From Raja brachyura (taxonomy: Eukaryota): a stretch of DNA of 64,000 nt. Where the stretch lies: NCBI GenBank assembly GCA_963514005.1, contig OY740787.1:71114001-71178000 (forward strand). Reading direction: 5' to 3'. The notes under the pieces are model-generated. The model saw nothing but the letters and a program-made list of their open reading frames with translations. It was not told the origin of the DNA and did no database searches. Each line of letters opens with the position of its first letter. The stretch's first letter is position 1. The position numbers and the translations under genes were made by a program. Shown one piece after another: positions 50,843 through 63,574 of the stretch.

Positions 50843-52055
50843 TAATTGCCACCTTAATGCAGGTGTAAGACAGTTCTCAGCACCTAGTCTTTCCTCCAGT
50901 CTTTCCATCACCTTTGGAAACTTTTATTGCTGTTTATCAACATGACGATCAAAGTCAAAGAAGCCATTATGAGACTGAGAAACAAGAATAAAACTGTTAT
51001 AGAGACAACAGCCAAACATTAGGCTTACCAAAATCAACAGTTTGGAACATAATTAAGAAGAAAGAGAGCGCTGGTGTGCTTACTAATCGCAAAGGGACTG
51101 GCAGGCCAAGGAAGACCTCCACAGCTGATGACAGAAGAATTCTCTCTATAATAAAGAAAAAAACCCAAACACCTGCCCGACAGATCAGAAACATTCTTCA
51201 GGAGTCAGGTGTGGATTTATCAATGGCCATTTCAAGACAATGATCCCATACATACTGCTAAAGCAACAAAGGTGTTTTTCAAAGTTAAAAAATGGTCAAT
51301 TCTTGAGTGGCCAAGTCAATCACCCGATCTGAACCCAACTGAGCATGTCTTTTATATGCTGGAGAAAACTGAAGGGGACGAGCCCCCAAAACAAGCATAA
51401 GCTAAAGATGGCTGCAATACAGGCCCGCCAGAGCTTCACCAGAGAAGACTCCCAACAACTGGTGATGTCCACGAATCGCAGGCTTCAAGCAGTCATTGCA
51501 TGCAAAGGATAAGCAAAAAAATACTAAACATGACTACTTTCATTTACATAACATTGTTGTATCCCAAACATTATGGTGCCCTAAAATGGGTGGACTATGT
51601 ATAAACACAGCTGTAATTTCTACATGGTGAAACCAAAATGTATAAAAATGGCTTTTATTAACATCTGACAATGTGCACTTTAACCACGTGTGATTTTTTC
51701 TATTACAAATCTCAAATTGTGGAGTACAGAGGCATATAAATAAATGATGGCACTTTGTCCCAAACATTATGGAGGGCGCTGTAACTAATGAAAAAGCTTC
51801 AGGAAATGGTAGGTACTAAAATAAGGTAGAATGGTGTTCAGCAAAACAAGCACAAAATACACATGCTTTCACAAATGAACACTGTTGCTGACCAATTGTG
51901 CTGATGTAGAAATGAATGCCGCAGGCAATGATAAAAAACATTATTAAATTAAGAAAACAACCGCAAGCAGGAAAGTGCTTCAAAATTCACATCAGCAAAA
52001 CAGAAATGTAAAAATAACATAAGTAGCAGCAAATATAAGCAACATTTTTAATTAC

Positions 52056-52244
52056 CTTCCAGTTTTAATTCAGCAGTGCATGACACCTGTCCAGCAGAGT
52101 TGGATGCGACACATGTATATGTTCCTTCATCCTCCGGGTAGGCTTCAGCAATTTCCAATTGGTAAGTGTCTTCAAACTGAACCATCTTGAAGAATCTTGA
52201 TTGCTTGATCTCCTTGTCTTTACTGTACCAGGTGATCTTTAGAT
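52056..52244 (-). CDS. ttn: Titin exon, last proximal I-band Ig half (human exon 44 equivalent), 189 bp
   Basis: catag|ATCTA acceptor, GAAG|gtaatt donor; DLKITWYSKDKEIKQSRFFKMVQFEDTYQLEIAEAYPEDEGTYTCVASNSAGQVSCTAELKLE. Confidence 0.95.
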
Positions 52245-52599
52245 CTATGTTTAGAAAAAAATGTATTTTAATCAGAAACATTGTCACAAACTGACTATAG
52301 ATCCAAAACTTACTAACAGAAGTGATACTGTATATGCAACTGTATAATACTTAGTATTTGATGTAATGATGTTGACATTGAAATAAGGTACTGAATATTC
52401 CAAAAATCAGAAGGCAACAGGAATCCATGAGTTAAGTACTGAACTAAGAGCAGAAGGAATTCAAAAAAGTGATGCAGGTTGAAGACTTATTTTCCGGCAG
52501 CCTCGGTTGCAGAACCGTCCTGGATTATCTGTTTTTCTGGACCAGCTGAGGTCATGTGACAGTGAAATGACAATATACCCCTGGCCCACTAATGACACC

Positions 52600-53197
52600 A
52601 CTCCCGTGTTTCTCAAGCACCATCAAGTACCAGAAACGTAAATAAAACAAATCTAAAATGTAAACTGGATGTGAACAAAATGACCCGCATCCCTAGCTCC
52701 CACCATCTCCCCGGGCGTTTAGAGCCCTGGGACAGCAGGTGAGAGGGATGGGAGTCCCACGATGACCAAGTGTGTTCTGTCAGTCGGGGCACACTGAACA
52801 AAGTTGTCCCCAGGAGCCACAATGTGAGCCGCAACAATAGCTGTGAGCCGGTGAAGAAGGGCTCGCTGTTGCATACCAGTGGCATTGTCGCCTAGTTTTA
52901 AAGTGAAACGACATGAAGGGCTGGACTAACACTGTTGACTGAATCAGTCTGAGGAATGGTCTCGATGTCACTTATCCATGTTTTCCAGAGATCCTGACCC
53001 ATTCAGTTACTCTAGCACTTTGTGTCCTTTCGGTGGGTGAAGAAGAGCTTGCTGATGCACCTCGTTAGTCGCGAGTTGGTCGGAAGCCGGGACTCTAAAC
53101 AGCTAGGGAGATGGAGCGAGGCGGAGATGGGTCGGTAGGTCCGTCCTCTATAAACTATATCTGTTATAAGGGAGTTGTTCAAAATAGGGTTTACAGT
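52600..53197. mobile_element. Non-autonomous element related to 7803-8670, with a Penelope end; Tigger-like right terminus
   Basis: Shared inverted block, Penelope end at 52946-53030, gggtttacagta end; left boundary uncertain. Confidence 0.4.
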
Positions 53198-53632
53198 ATT
53201 GTCTTTGTGAAATAGTTAGGAGAGAAGATTGTTGGCATAGTTGATTCTTTCACTACGGAAGGACACGACCAGAAAAAACATTCACTGCTCGCAATGCCAT
53301 CTGTGGCAGCTCAGGGAATTTCAATTGAGCTCTCATAATTTTGTCTGGATTATAGGGGTGGACAGACCATCAGTTGCCAGTAAACAGATGTTCAACCAGC
53401 ACCATAATCAGCTGGGAATGTAGGGGATTAGCAGAAAATGCTAGAAATATTTGACAAGGAATCATTCTCAGCAAATTCTGCATTTCCACATTTAAATATA
53501 CATGTGCAGTCTCCAAAATCCATTCCAATGAGCAAAATCTTAATACTTGACCTGTGTATAAAAGCACAATTTGAAGAAAAGGACTATTCCACATGACCAA
53601 CAGTGTAAGTTAAGGCCCATGTCCCTTCCTAC

Positions 53633-54885
53633 TTGATGTAACTAGTAGAGTGGATAAGGGAGAACCAGTGGATGTGTTATATCTAGACTTTCAGAAGGCT
53701 TTCGACAAGGTCCCGCATAAGAGATTAGCATACAAACTTAAAGCACACGGTATTGGGGGTTCAGTATTGATGTGGATAGAGAACTGGCTAGCAGACAGGA
53801 GGCAAAGGGTAGGAGTAAACGGGTCCTTTTCAGAATGGCAGGCAGTGACTAGTGGGGTGCCGCAAGGCTCAGTGCTGGGACCCCAGCTATTTACAATATA
53901 TATTAATGATTTGGACGAGGGAATTCAATGCAACATCTCCAAATTTGCAGATGATACCAAGCTGGGGGGTATAGTTAGGTGTGAGGAGGATGCTTGGAGG
54001 CTGCAGGGTGATTTGGATAGGCTGAGTGAATGGGCAGATGCATGGCAGATGCAGTACAATGTGGATAAATGTGAGGTTATCCACTTTGGTGGCAAAAACA
54101 TGAGGGTAGACTATTATCTGAATGGTGGCAGATTAGGTAAGGGGGAGATGCAACGAGACATGGGTGTCATGGTACACCAGTCATTGAAAGTAGGCATGCA
54201 GGTGCAGCAGGCAGTGAAGAAAGCAAATGGTATGTTAGCATTCATAGCGAAAGGATTTGAGTATAGGAGCAGGGAGGTTCTACTGCAGTTGTACAGGGTT
54301 TTGGTGAGGCCACACCTGGAGTACTGCGTACAGTTTTGGTCTCCAAATCTGAGGAAAGACATCCTTGCCATAGAGGGGGTACAGAGAAGATTCACCAGAC
54401 TGATTTCTGGGATGTCAGGACTTTCATATGAGGAAAGATTGGATAGACTCGGTTTGTACTCGATGGAATTTAGAAGATTGAGGGGGGATCTTATAGAAAC
54501 CTACAAAATTCTTAAGGGGTTGGACAAGCTAGATGCTGGAAGATTGTTCCCGATGTTGGGGGAGTCCAGAACAAGGGGTCACAGTCTAAGGATAAGGGGG
54601 AATTCCTTTAGGACCGAAATGAGGAAAACATTCTTTACACAGAGAGTGGTGAGTCTCTGGAATTCTCTGCCACAGAAGGTAGTTGAGGCCAGTTCATTGG
54701 CTATATTTAAGAGGGCGTTAGATGTGGCACTTGTGGCTAAAGGGATCAGGGGGTATGGAGAGAAGGCAGGTACGGGATACTGAGTTGGATGATCAGCCAT
54801 GATCACATTGAATGGCGGTGCAGGCTCGAAGGGCCGAATGGCCTACTCCTGCACCTATTTTCTATGTTTCTATGTTTCTATGTTC
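53633..54885 (+). mobile_element. Young 5'-truncated CR1 LINE with an uninterrupted 377-aa ORF2 C-terminus
   Basis: YLDFQKAFDKVPH, FADDTKLGG, LVRPHLEYCVQFWSP; (tttctatg)3 tail. Confidence 0.95.
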
Positions 54886-55304
54886 CACTGTAAAATTTAT
54901 GTCAGATAATTTAAGAATATTGGATGTAAATCAAGCCGGGTGTCATGTGAAAAAATGTGAAATCTCAAACATAGGTTAAGAAAAATAATAATTGACTATT
55001 ATATCACTGTTTGTTTCACTTAGTCATGCACAACTCAAACACATTTGTCTATTTAAATCTTGGAAAGCACATGAAATTACTATTGTAAAAGAAATGCATA
55101 AAATAAATATATTTAGGAAGATTCAATCTAAAAATAAAAAAAAATTGATCCTCGTATAATTCAGCCAAATTACTGAATCAATATATCACATCAATATATC
55201 ACACTAAATTAACAATACAAAATCCTTAATTCACTAAATCTGCATTGGTAAATATAATATGTATTCAATTGCTTTCCAAAAATTGTTCTCCGAGTAGTTT
55301 GTTT

Positions 55305-55492
55305 GCTGCCTGTCCCGCTGAGTTACTCGAAGGTAGACACCAAATGCTGGAGTAACTCAGCGGGACAGGCAGCATCTCTGGAGAGAAGGAAAGGGCAGCG
55401 TTTCAGGTCTTGACCCGAAACGTCACCCATTCCTTCTGTCCAGAGATGTTGCCTGACCCGCTGAGTTACCCCAGCTTTTTGTGTCTATCTTC
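55305..55492. repeat. Penelope-end fold-back palindrome (55329-55492) plus a partial third copy
   Basis: Arms meet at cgtttcaggtcttgacccgaaacg. Confidence 0.85.
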
Positions 55493-55599
55493 AGTTCTTT
55501 GTTGGTTCTCTAATCTCCTTGCCTGTTATTTATCTTTTTACTTTATCGTGTTTGGTGAATTGGTAGTATTTTCTTAAGTAATAATTACTTTATTTATCA

Positions 55600-56760
55600 G
55601 ACTGATGGATTAGAGGGAAAATTGGAAAAGAGAGGTGAAAAGTGGGGCAAAGACTTGCAAGTGGTAAGTGGATAGAGGTGAGGGGAGTTTGATTGGCAGA
55701 TGGGTGGAGTAAGTGACAAAGCAAGAGATAAAAAGGAGGCAATATGGGATAGCTATGGGTGAAAGGAATAATTGGCTATTATATTACTGTTTGTTTCACA
55801 GGGAGGGGAAATAAGAGACATAAAAGGGGCACCTCAGGGGCGAGAGATGAGCGTTTGGAGGAGAAAGGAGCATAGGTGGCTGGGTGGTTTATGATGGGGA
55901 GGGAGAAATATGTGCACTACAGAGTGTGCACACGGGAAAGAGAGGGGATATTACTTGAAATTGGAGAATTCAATGCTCATACTGTTGGGTTGTAAGCTAC
56001 CCAAACAGAACACGAGGAGCTGTTCCTCAAGTGGCCTAATGCTAAGGACAGAAAGTTCAGTATGGGAATGGGAAGTTAAAATGGTTAGCAACTGGATGAT
56101 CCAGCAAGCCTTGGTGGACAGAGTGCAAGCATTGGGCAAAACGGTCGCCTAGTATTTGATTGGTCTCGCCAATGAATAGGCCATGTTGGGAGCACAGAAT
56201 GAAGTAGACAAAGTTTGAAAAGGTGCTCGTTAACCTGTGTGTCACCTGAAAGGGTGCTGGGCTCCCTGGAAGGATGTGAGAGAGGTGTAGGGACAGGTGT
56301 TATATCGCCGGCAGTTGCAGAGGAAAGTACCTGGGAAAGGAGCAGGTTATGTGGGGAGGGATGAGTGAACCGAGGAGTTGCAAAGGGAATGTTCTGTATG
56401 GAAAGCAAATATGGTTGGGGATGGAAAGATGTGAACAGTAGTGGGATCACGATGAAGGTGGCAAAAACGTCAGAGAATTTAATGTTGGATGCAGAGTCTG
56501 TAGTGTGAAAGATGCGGACAAGGGGAACTTTATCCTTGTTCCAACATGGGGGAGGGGGAACAATAGCAGAACTGCAGGACACAGAAGAGACATGGCTGAG
56601 GGCTCCATCCACAGCAGCAAAGAGGAAACCCCATTCACAGAAGGAGGACATTTTGGATTTTCTAGAATGCAACTTGGGAGCAGGTGCAGCAAAGACAGAT
56701 ATTGGGAATAAGGATTGGTGTCCTTGCAAGAGACAGGCTGAAAGAAGTGTAGTCAAGGTG
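55600..56760 (-). mobile_element. Degenerate Penelope-like element (GIY-YIG endonuclease region)
   Basis: NKDKVPLV, FIGETNQILGDRFA..LHSV...PVANHFN on the minus strand, frameshifted. Confidence 0.75.
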
Positions 56761-56887
56761 ACTTTCATTGGATTGCTGTGGAATTTAGAATATGACAGTC
56801 GATTGAGGCTCTTACTACTTTTATTCTTTTTCTTTACGCTTTACTATGAGCATCGAAGTATTATTTCATTGTGGAGATGAAGTTTAT

Positions 56888-57551
56888 AGTGAAGAAAGCG
56901 AATGGCATGTTGGCTTTTATAACAAGAGGAGTTGAGTACAGGAGCAAAGAGGTCCTTCTGCAGTTGTATAGGGCCCTAGTGAGACCACACCTAGAGTATT
57001 GTGTGCAGTTTTGGTCCCCTAATTTGAGGAAGGACATTCTTGCTATTGAGGGAGTGCATCGTAGGTTTATAAGGTTAAATCCCAGGATGGCGGGATATGT
57101 CATATGTTGAGAGAATGGAGCGGCTGGGCTTATATACTCTGGAGTTTAGAAGGACGAGAGGCGATCTTACTGAAACACATAAGATTATTAAGGGTTTGGA
57201 CACGCTAGAGGCAGGAAGCATGTTCCCGATGTTGGGTGAGTCCAGAACCAGGGGCCACAGTTTAAGAATAAAGGGTAAGCCACTTAGAACGGAGATGAGG
57301 AAACACTTTTTCCTTACAGAGCGTTGTGAGTCTGTGGGATTCTCTGCCTCAGAGGGCGGTGGAGGCCGGTTCTCTGGATACTTTCAAATGAGAGCTAGAT
57401 AGGGCTCTTAAAGATAGCGGAGTCGGGGGATATGGGGAGAAGGCAGGAACGGGGTACTGATTGGGGATGATCAGCCATGATCACATTGAATGGCGGTGAT
57501 GGCTCGAAGGGCCGAATGGCCTACTCCTGCACCTATTGTTTATTGTCTATT
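56888..57551 (+). mobile_element. CR1 LINE 3' fragment
   Basis: VKKANGMLAFI...LVRPHLEYCVQFWSP; attgtct tail. Confidence 0.9.
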
Positions 57552-59740
57552 CTTCAGTTATTTTGTTCCCTATAGAAAACAGCCTGGATTACTTTTTGAT
57601 TTTTCTGTTTTAGTAAAAGTGCTTCTGTTTTTTTAATTGCTACTTTGTTTCCTCTTGTTTAACTTCTTGTTTTGATCTAAATGGATACTGGAAAGATTGA
57701 CACATATTCCATAAGGATCATGAGCAACTCTAGTTACTGCTGCAAATTATGTAAAAATCCTGTTATAAGATTCTTGATAAAAGATTCCAATATATTAAAA
57801 ATGATAAATTCAGTATTTGGCAATCTAGAACAGGAACAATTTGAAATAATCCCAAACATTGTTTGCCTTAATGTGAATGTTTCCCACTGAGAATATAGTC
57901 TGGACTTCCAAGCCTCATGAATAAAATGTATTTTTTTTAACCTTAAGTATAATATATGTACAACTTTCAAAACTTTAGACCAAAATAAAGTGAAAATAAA
58001 TCAAAAATTGAAGACAAAGCATTCTCACGCTGCACGTCGCTGTCAAAACTTTACGTACACTATATGCTTGTAAAAAAATTGATTAATGAAAGATATTGAT
58101 ATTTTTATTTTGAATCAACACGAAAGAAACAAAATTAGCTGTGGGCCAGTGACCATTCTAAAAACAAATATATTTTTAAAAAACTGTTTTAATTTAATTA
58201 GTGTTATGAACTATGAAATTGAAAATGCCATCAATAAGCGAGTTTGGTATTACAACTGCGCATTCCCAGGTCGAGGGTTATTCGGGATAAACATTCTCGC
58301 CAGCTGAGCTACCGTGTGTGTACGGACCTGCGTATTCATTTCAATGAGATCTATAAATAAATGTATCCGTCAAATATGTCAGCAGTAGGCCGCAGCGTAC
58401 TGCAGGTTACACAAATCCACAATTGTGTCTATTTCACTTATTGACTCAATACAGCACCAGCCTTGAAAACGCAAGAATGTCTGGAACAAACCTGTCAATT
58501 ATCACATCCCTGGTATTAACCTGTCACACCCATTCAAATTCGATATTGATTTACTCGAATTAGAAGTTGTGCGGTCAACCAATTTGATACAGTCATTACA
58601 TTCCTATCTAACCAACTTTCCCGGATTGAAGGAAACAAGGAGAATGTGCTGTGTGGGGGTAGGTTGGAAAGTTCAGATTGGATTCTAACAGGCTGGTTAA
58701 ACCTTCAAGGTAGGTTGGCTTAAATAGAGATGCTGTCGCGTTAACCTCTGTGATTGGTTCCAGTCTGTCAGGGCCCACAGTTGGGAGCCGGGTCCGGGTG
58801 ACCGGGCGTTGATAATTATGAGAATTTGTAGCCATTTGAACCACAGCCAAACTAGAGGCTTCACTCAGGAGTGGGTCGCAGCTCCCTAGCTCACGGGACC
58901 TGGTCTCGCTCTCTTTGAAGTACGCGTCGCCCGCCCTAGCGAGTGGGCAAACGCGGAGCCAACCCGTAATAAGAGTGGGTGCATTTTCTCAGTCAGACTT
59001 TGTCGACAGTTGGGATGGGGGTCTGGGAGAGAGAAAGCTGGCGATGCCACACAGACGGAACAGTTTAATAACGACACATTAAAATCCACCCTTTGGCCAC
59101 CTGCAACCTGGGCTGATCTGATCTGACAGCCCTCTCGCAAGCTCACTGAGTGCAGAACCTAACGCAGAACCTCTCTTTGGGTAACACCTGCACAAAGAGC
59201 CTCTGTTAACAAGAGCTGGCGAACTGTGCTGGTCAACGTGCACTTGGCGAGATGGCTGGGGGAAACACACCGCAACCACCGCAAACTTGGAACAGCACAG
59301 ACCCTCCACTCAATCTATCCAATGCTAAAGGGCAGGTATTTTGCAGTTAAATGTCTTATATAGGATTGGCGGCTCCGTCACAGGGCCAACCCTGTACTCA
59401 GTTTTCCTCGGAGAATAATCTTTGCCTTAATAGTACATTCACACCACCTGCAGTTAAAGCATCAGCCCACATCACACTGATGCAGTTGCTGCCTTCCTCA
59501 GATTAAATATATTTTTACACATAAATTATGAATAAAGATAAGAAAATGTTTCAAACACATGTAATATTTTCTTATTCCAGTAGCACATTAAGGATTAAGA
59601 AAATAATAAATTCTTTAACTTTTTGAATATCTCATAATTGCAGATTAATGAACTGAACTAGAATTGGGACTGTGTAAGTAGTGTGTGAACAGCAGAACAA
59701 GAAAGGAAGTGATTGAGTTGACAGAATTCTAGGTTAATTC

Positions 59741-62342
59741 TAGAATTAACCCAGGATCATATAGAGCGATTGCCCTTCTAAATACAGATCAAAAAATATT
59801 AACTAAGGTTTTATCTCGGAGATTAAGTTTAGTGATCTCTAAATTAATACATTATGATCAAACAGGTTTTATTCCAAAACGCTATTCATCCCATAATCTC
59901 AGACGTTTGTTTAATATTATATATTCAAAAAGAATACGGGACATGGAACTAGCGGTTATATCGTTAGATGCAGAAAAGGCTTTCGATCAGGTGGAATGGT
60001 TATATTTATTTAATATAATGGAAAAGTTTCATTTGGGGGATAGATTTTGTAAATGGGTAAGAATTTTATATTCGAATCCTACAGCAAGAATATTGACTAA
60101 TCAAATGCTGTCAGCTAAATTCAAGCTCTCTAGGGGATGCAGACAGGGATGTTCATTATCGCCCTTACTGTTCGCTTTGGCGATAGAACCCTTGGCGGAA
60201 AAAATTAGATCTGAACCTGAAATATATGGCTATAATACTGATACAACAATTAATAAAATATCTTTATATGCAGATGATGTTTTGATTTATATTACAAAAC
60301 CGGAAATCAGTATTCCCAACCTGTTTAATGTTATAACTAAGTTTGGTACATTTTCTGGATATAGGATTAATTGGAATAAAAGTGATATTATGCCAATAAC
60401 AGGAATAAATTTAAATATACTATAACAATATCCACTAAAAGTAGTTACAGATAAATTCAAATATTTAGGGATTAATGTAACTAAATCTTATAATTCATTA
60501 ATTAAATCTAACTATCCTCAATTATTAGATAAACTTAGAAAAAATATTTTATATTGGAAAACACTTCCTATATCTATGATCGGTAGAATAAATGCCATAA
60601 AGATGTTTTTTTTACCACAACTGTTATATTTGTTTCAGGCTATCCCTTTTTTTCTCCCGAAAACCTTTTTCAAAAAAATTGATAATATTGTTAATAGTTT
60701 TATTTGGGATTATAAAAATCATAGAATAAGTAAAAAACATTTATGTAAATCTAAGATAAATGGAGGATTAGCACTCCCAAATTTTTTATATTATTTTTGG
60801 GCTGTTCAGATTAAGAATATGAATTTTTGGTGGGTAAATATGGATCATGAACCAACATGGTTACATATAGAAAAGGAAGACTGTCTACCTTTCAATGTAG
60901 GCTCGATTATCTTTGCACCAAAGGAAGTACAAAAAAAAATTTATAGGGACAACCCAATAATTCATAACAATAGACGTATTTGGAAACAAATTGTTAAGAC
61001 TCTACATTTAGACAACCTCTCACTCAGACTTCCAATTATGAATAACCCATTATTTAAACCTTCTATATTAGATGGGGGGTTTAGACACTGGGATGATTTA
61101 GGAATTACAAGGATAGAACACCTTTATAGAAAAGGAAAATTTATTTTATTCCAGGAGTTACAAGATATCTATGGATTATCTCCACAACATTTGTTTAGGT
61201 ATTTACAAATTAGAGATTATATTAAATCCAATACACAAGATTATAAAAATAAAGAACCAGGATTGTTAGATGAATTGTTTAATTTACACCCAAATACAGA
61301 AAAATTAATAGCTTATATATATAACATCATTTTGGATAAGGAGAATCCAATAACTGAAACATATCGTCAAGCATGGGAAAATGAAATTGAATTAGCTATA
61401 ACAAAAGAAAACTGGGAAGAAAGTTTACAACGAATACATCGATGCTCATTAAACGCCAGGCATACATTGATACAATTCAAAGTATTATATAGATTACATT
61501 ATTCGAAAACTAAATTAAATAGTATTTTTCCTAATCTCTCTATTTGTGATAAATGTAAGAATTTAGAAGCAAATTTAATACATAGTTTTGTTACATGTCC
61601 TAAATTGAATTATTACTGGTCAGAAATTTTTTAAGTTATTTCTGAAGTTCTTAAAGTTAAATTGGACCCTGAGCCAAAGTTAATAATATTTGGAATTCCG
61701 GACTTAAATTTGATTCTTACAGTAAATCAAAGAAATTTCTTTGATTACTGTTTGATAATTGGGAAAAAAATTATATTGAAATTTTGGAAGGGAACATTAT
61801 CCCCCACAATCAAAATGTGGGCAGCAGAGATGTTGGAGACGTTACATTTGGAAAGAATTAGATTTGTCCTATTGGACAAATATAATTCCTTCGAACAGAT
61901 ATGGTCTCCATATATACAGTATTTAGAGAAGTAGCTGTTCTTGGCAACACAGCTCGGCGGACACCCTACGGGATTTGATGAGAATAATTCATTTTCATAT
62001 TGGGATTAGTATACTCTTATCGATATTATCATTTGTAATAGTTTTATTAACAATACATACCGTTGTTTTTCATTATATATATATATTTTTTTTCACTTTT
62101 TTGTTAACCTTTTTCTTTTCTCTTTTCTCTTTTCCTTCTTATATATAATCAAATTATTATTTAATCACACTCTTAATGATTTATAACTGCTCTATTCTTT
62201 CTCTATCTTTATTTCTAAAAAAATAGAAGATAAGTATTATTAATGTTTTAGTTGTATAAAAATTGAATTAAGTTGATGTTTGTAAAGTGGTTTAAAACAT
62301 TGTAATTGATTAACTTTAATAAAAAAATATTTAAAAAAAAAA
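59741..62342 (+). mobile_element. L1-clade LINE, 5'-truncated, with poly(A) tail and 18-bp TSD
   Basis: SYRAIALLN, DQTGF, LDAEKAFD, RQGCSLSPLLF, YADD, C-terminal C-x2-C...H...C; AATAAA then A-tail; agaattctagRttaattc at 59723-59740 and 62343-62360; two premature stops. Confidence 0.93.
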
Positions 62343-62980
62343 AGAATTCTAGATTAATTCCTTGGTAGAATAGTTAACAATTTATACGCAGTTTATACAG
62401 CGCTGCGTTCGCTTTTTTTAAAATCTCAAATGACCTTTGACAAATCCCATGATTCCTTCCGTTTGTCGAGATACCGAACTCGCTTATTGAATGCTGCCCG
62501 GATCCACACATGGACAATCCCAGGTAGAAACAATGCATGAGGGATCTGCAACTAGTTTGAGATTCTATGAAGCCAATCATTCTGTAATTGATATTGTAGG
62601 ATAAAATGCAATAAACAAAATAAAATGCATTTGTAAAGTAACAGGAACAATTGCAAGTGAGATATAAACCATCAAGCTATCAGTATCTGTTAGTTAAAAT
62701 GACATCATCATCAAAATCATCCAAAATTATACACACAAAACTCTCCTAAGGCATCTACACCCAATTTCAAGACCCAGAAATGGCTCGGACTTGACCCGAA
62801 TAATCAAATGTTACATCAGGATGCACTTTATCAGACAATTTCAGTTATTTTAAAGTTTAACAAAATAAAACGACTGAGATGATATAAAAGAGATACACAA
62901 GTCTTATAGATAATTGCAACAGCAGTGACCAAATATATGTCAGGAAATATGTAGAATTCAAAGCAATTGTTTATTGTAGT

Positions 62981-63222
62981 ATTGGCCCACTTGGTGACTT
63001 TTTCGGCGACTGCCGGCATCATTAACTGACGTATCAGGTCACCAGTAAATTTGCGGCGTGATGCAGCAGTGACGCGGCAGTGACGCGGCGTGATGACGTA
63101 TGACGCACGGTGTTTTTTCAAGTGTCGCTACATTTTTTTTGTCGCCGCTGGATTTAAATGTTCAAAATCTTTTGGCGACACTGATATGTTGCCAAAAAAA
63201 ATCGCCAAGTGGGACAGGCCCT
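62981..63222. mobile_element. Harbinger-like MITE, left TIR degraded
   Basis: Right TIR aagtgggacaggccct followed by TTA; left cccacttgg. Confidence 0.6.
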
Positions 63223-63574
63223 TTAATAGTTATATGGAAATCTTATAATAACTCTCTGTTTCACAAAAAGTTTATTCATTTGGTTTTAGATATAGCAAGT
63301 ATGATAGAACAATTTGGAAAGGAGAATCAAATGCTAATTCTGATGCATTCCAGTGTATTGCATGCGTGATAAATGATGATTGGTTAATAAAACAAAGCCA
63401 TCATAGTCGTAAGAGGAGGAATACATTTCTGTCTGCAATGAACTTTAATAAAATTGACAATATAATAATCAAAATCTCACCAGAGAGGTGGTTTAAATTT
63501 AGATGATTAATTAGATCTCACAGGGTATTTCATAGATGCGACGATGCTAGTAATAATACACAACAGGAGGTAAC

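Larger units (their letters stand above)
46981..51781 (+). mobile_element. Tc1-family DNA transposon, internally deleted and split by nested LINEs
   Basis: ~200-bp TIRs cagtgccctccataatgtttgggacaaag / ctttgtcccaaacattatggagggcgctg followed by TA; transposase remnants GRPRKTS..DDR and QDNDP.HTAK...[12 protein letters not shown]. Confidence 0.9.

Noticed and set aside
1838-52287. ORF-track starts and stops as separate small Ig genes
   Set aside because: They extend into introns; the real units are GT-AG phase-1 exons of one gene.
53650-54783. 377-aa RT ORF as a domesticated gene or active element
   Set aside because: 5'-truncated CR1 lacking the promoter, endonuclease and RT N-terminus; the open frame reflects youth.
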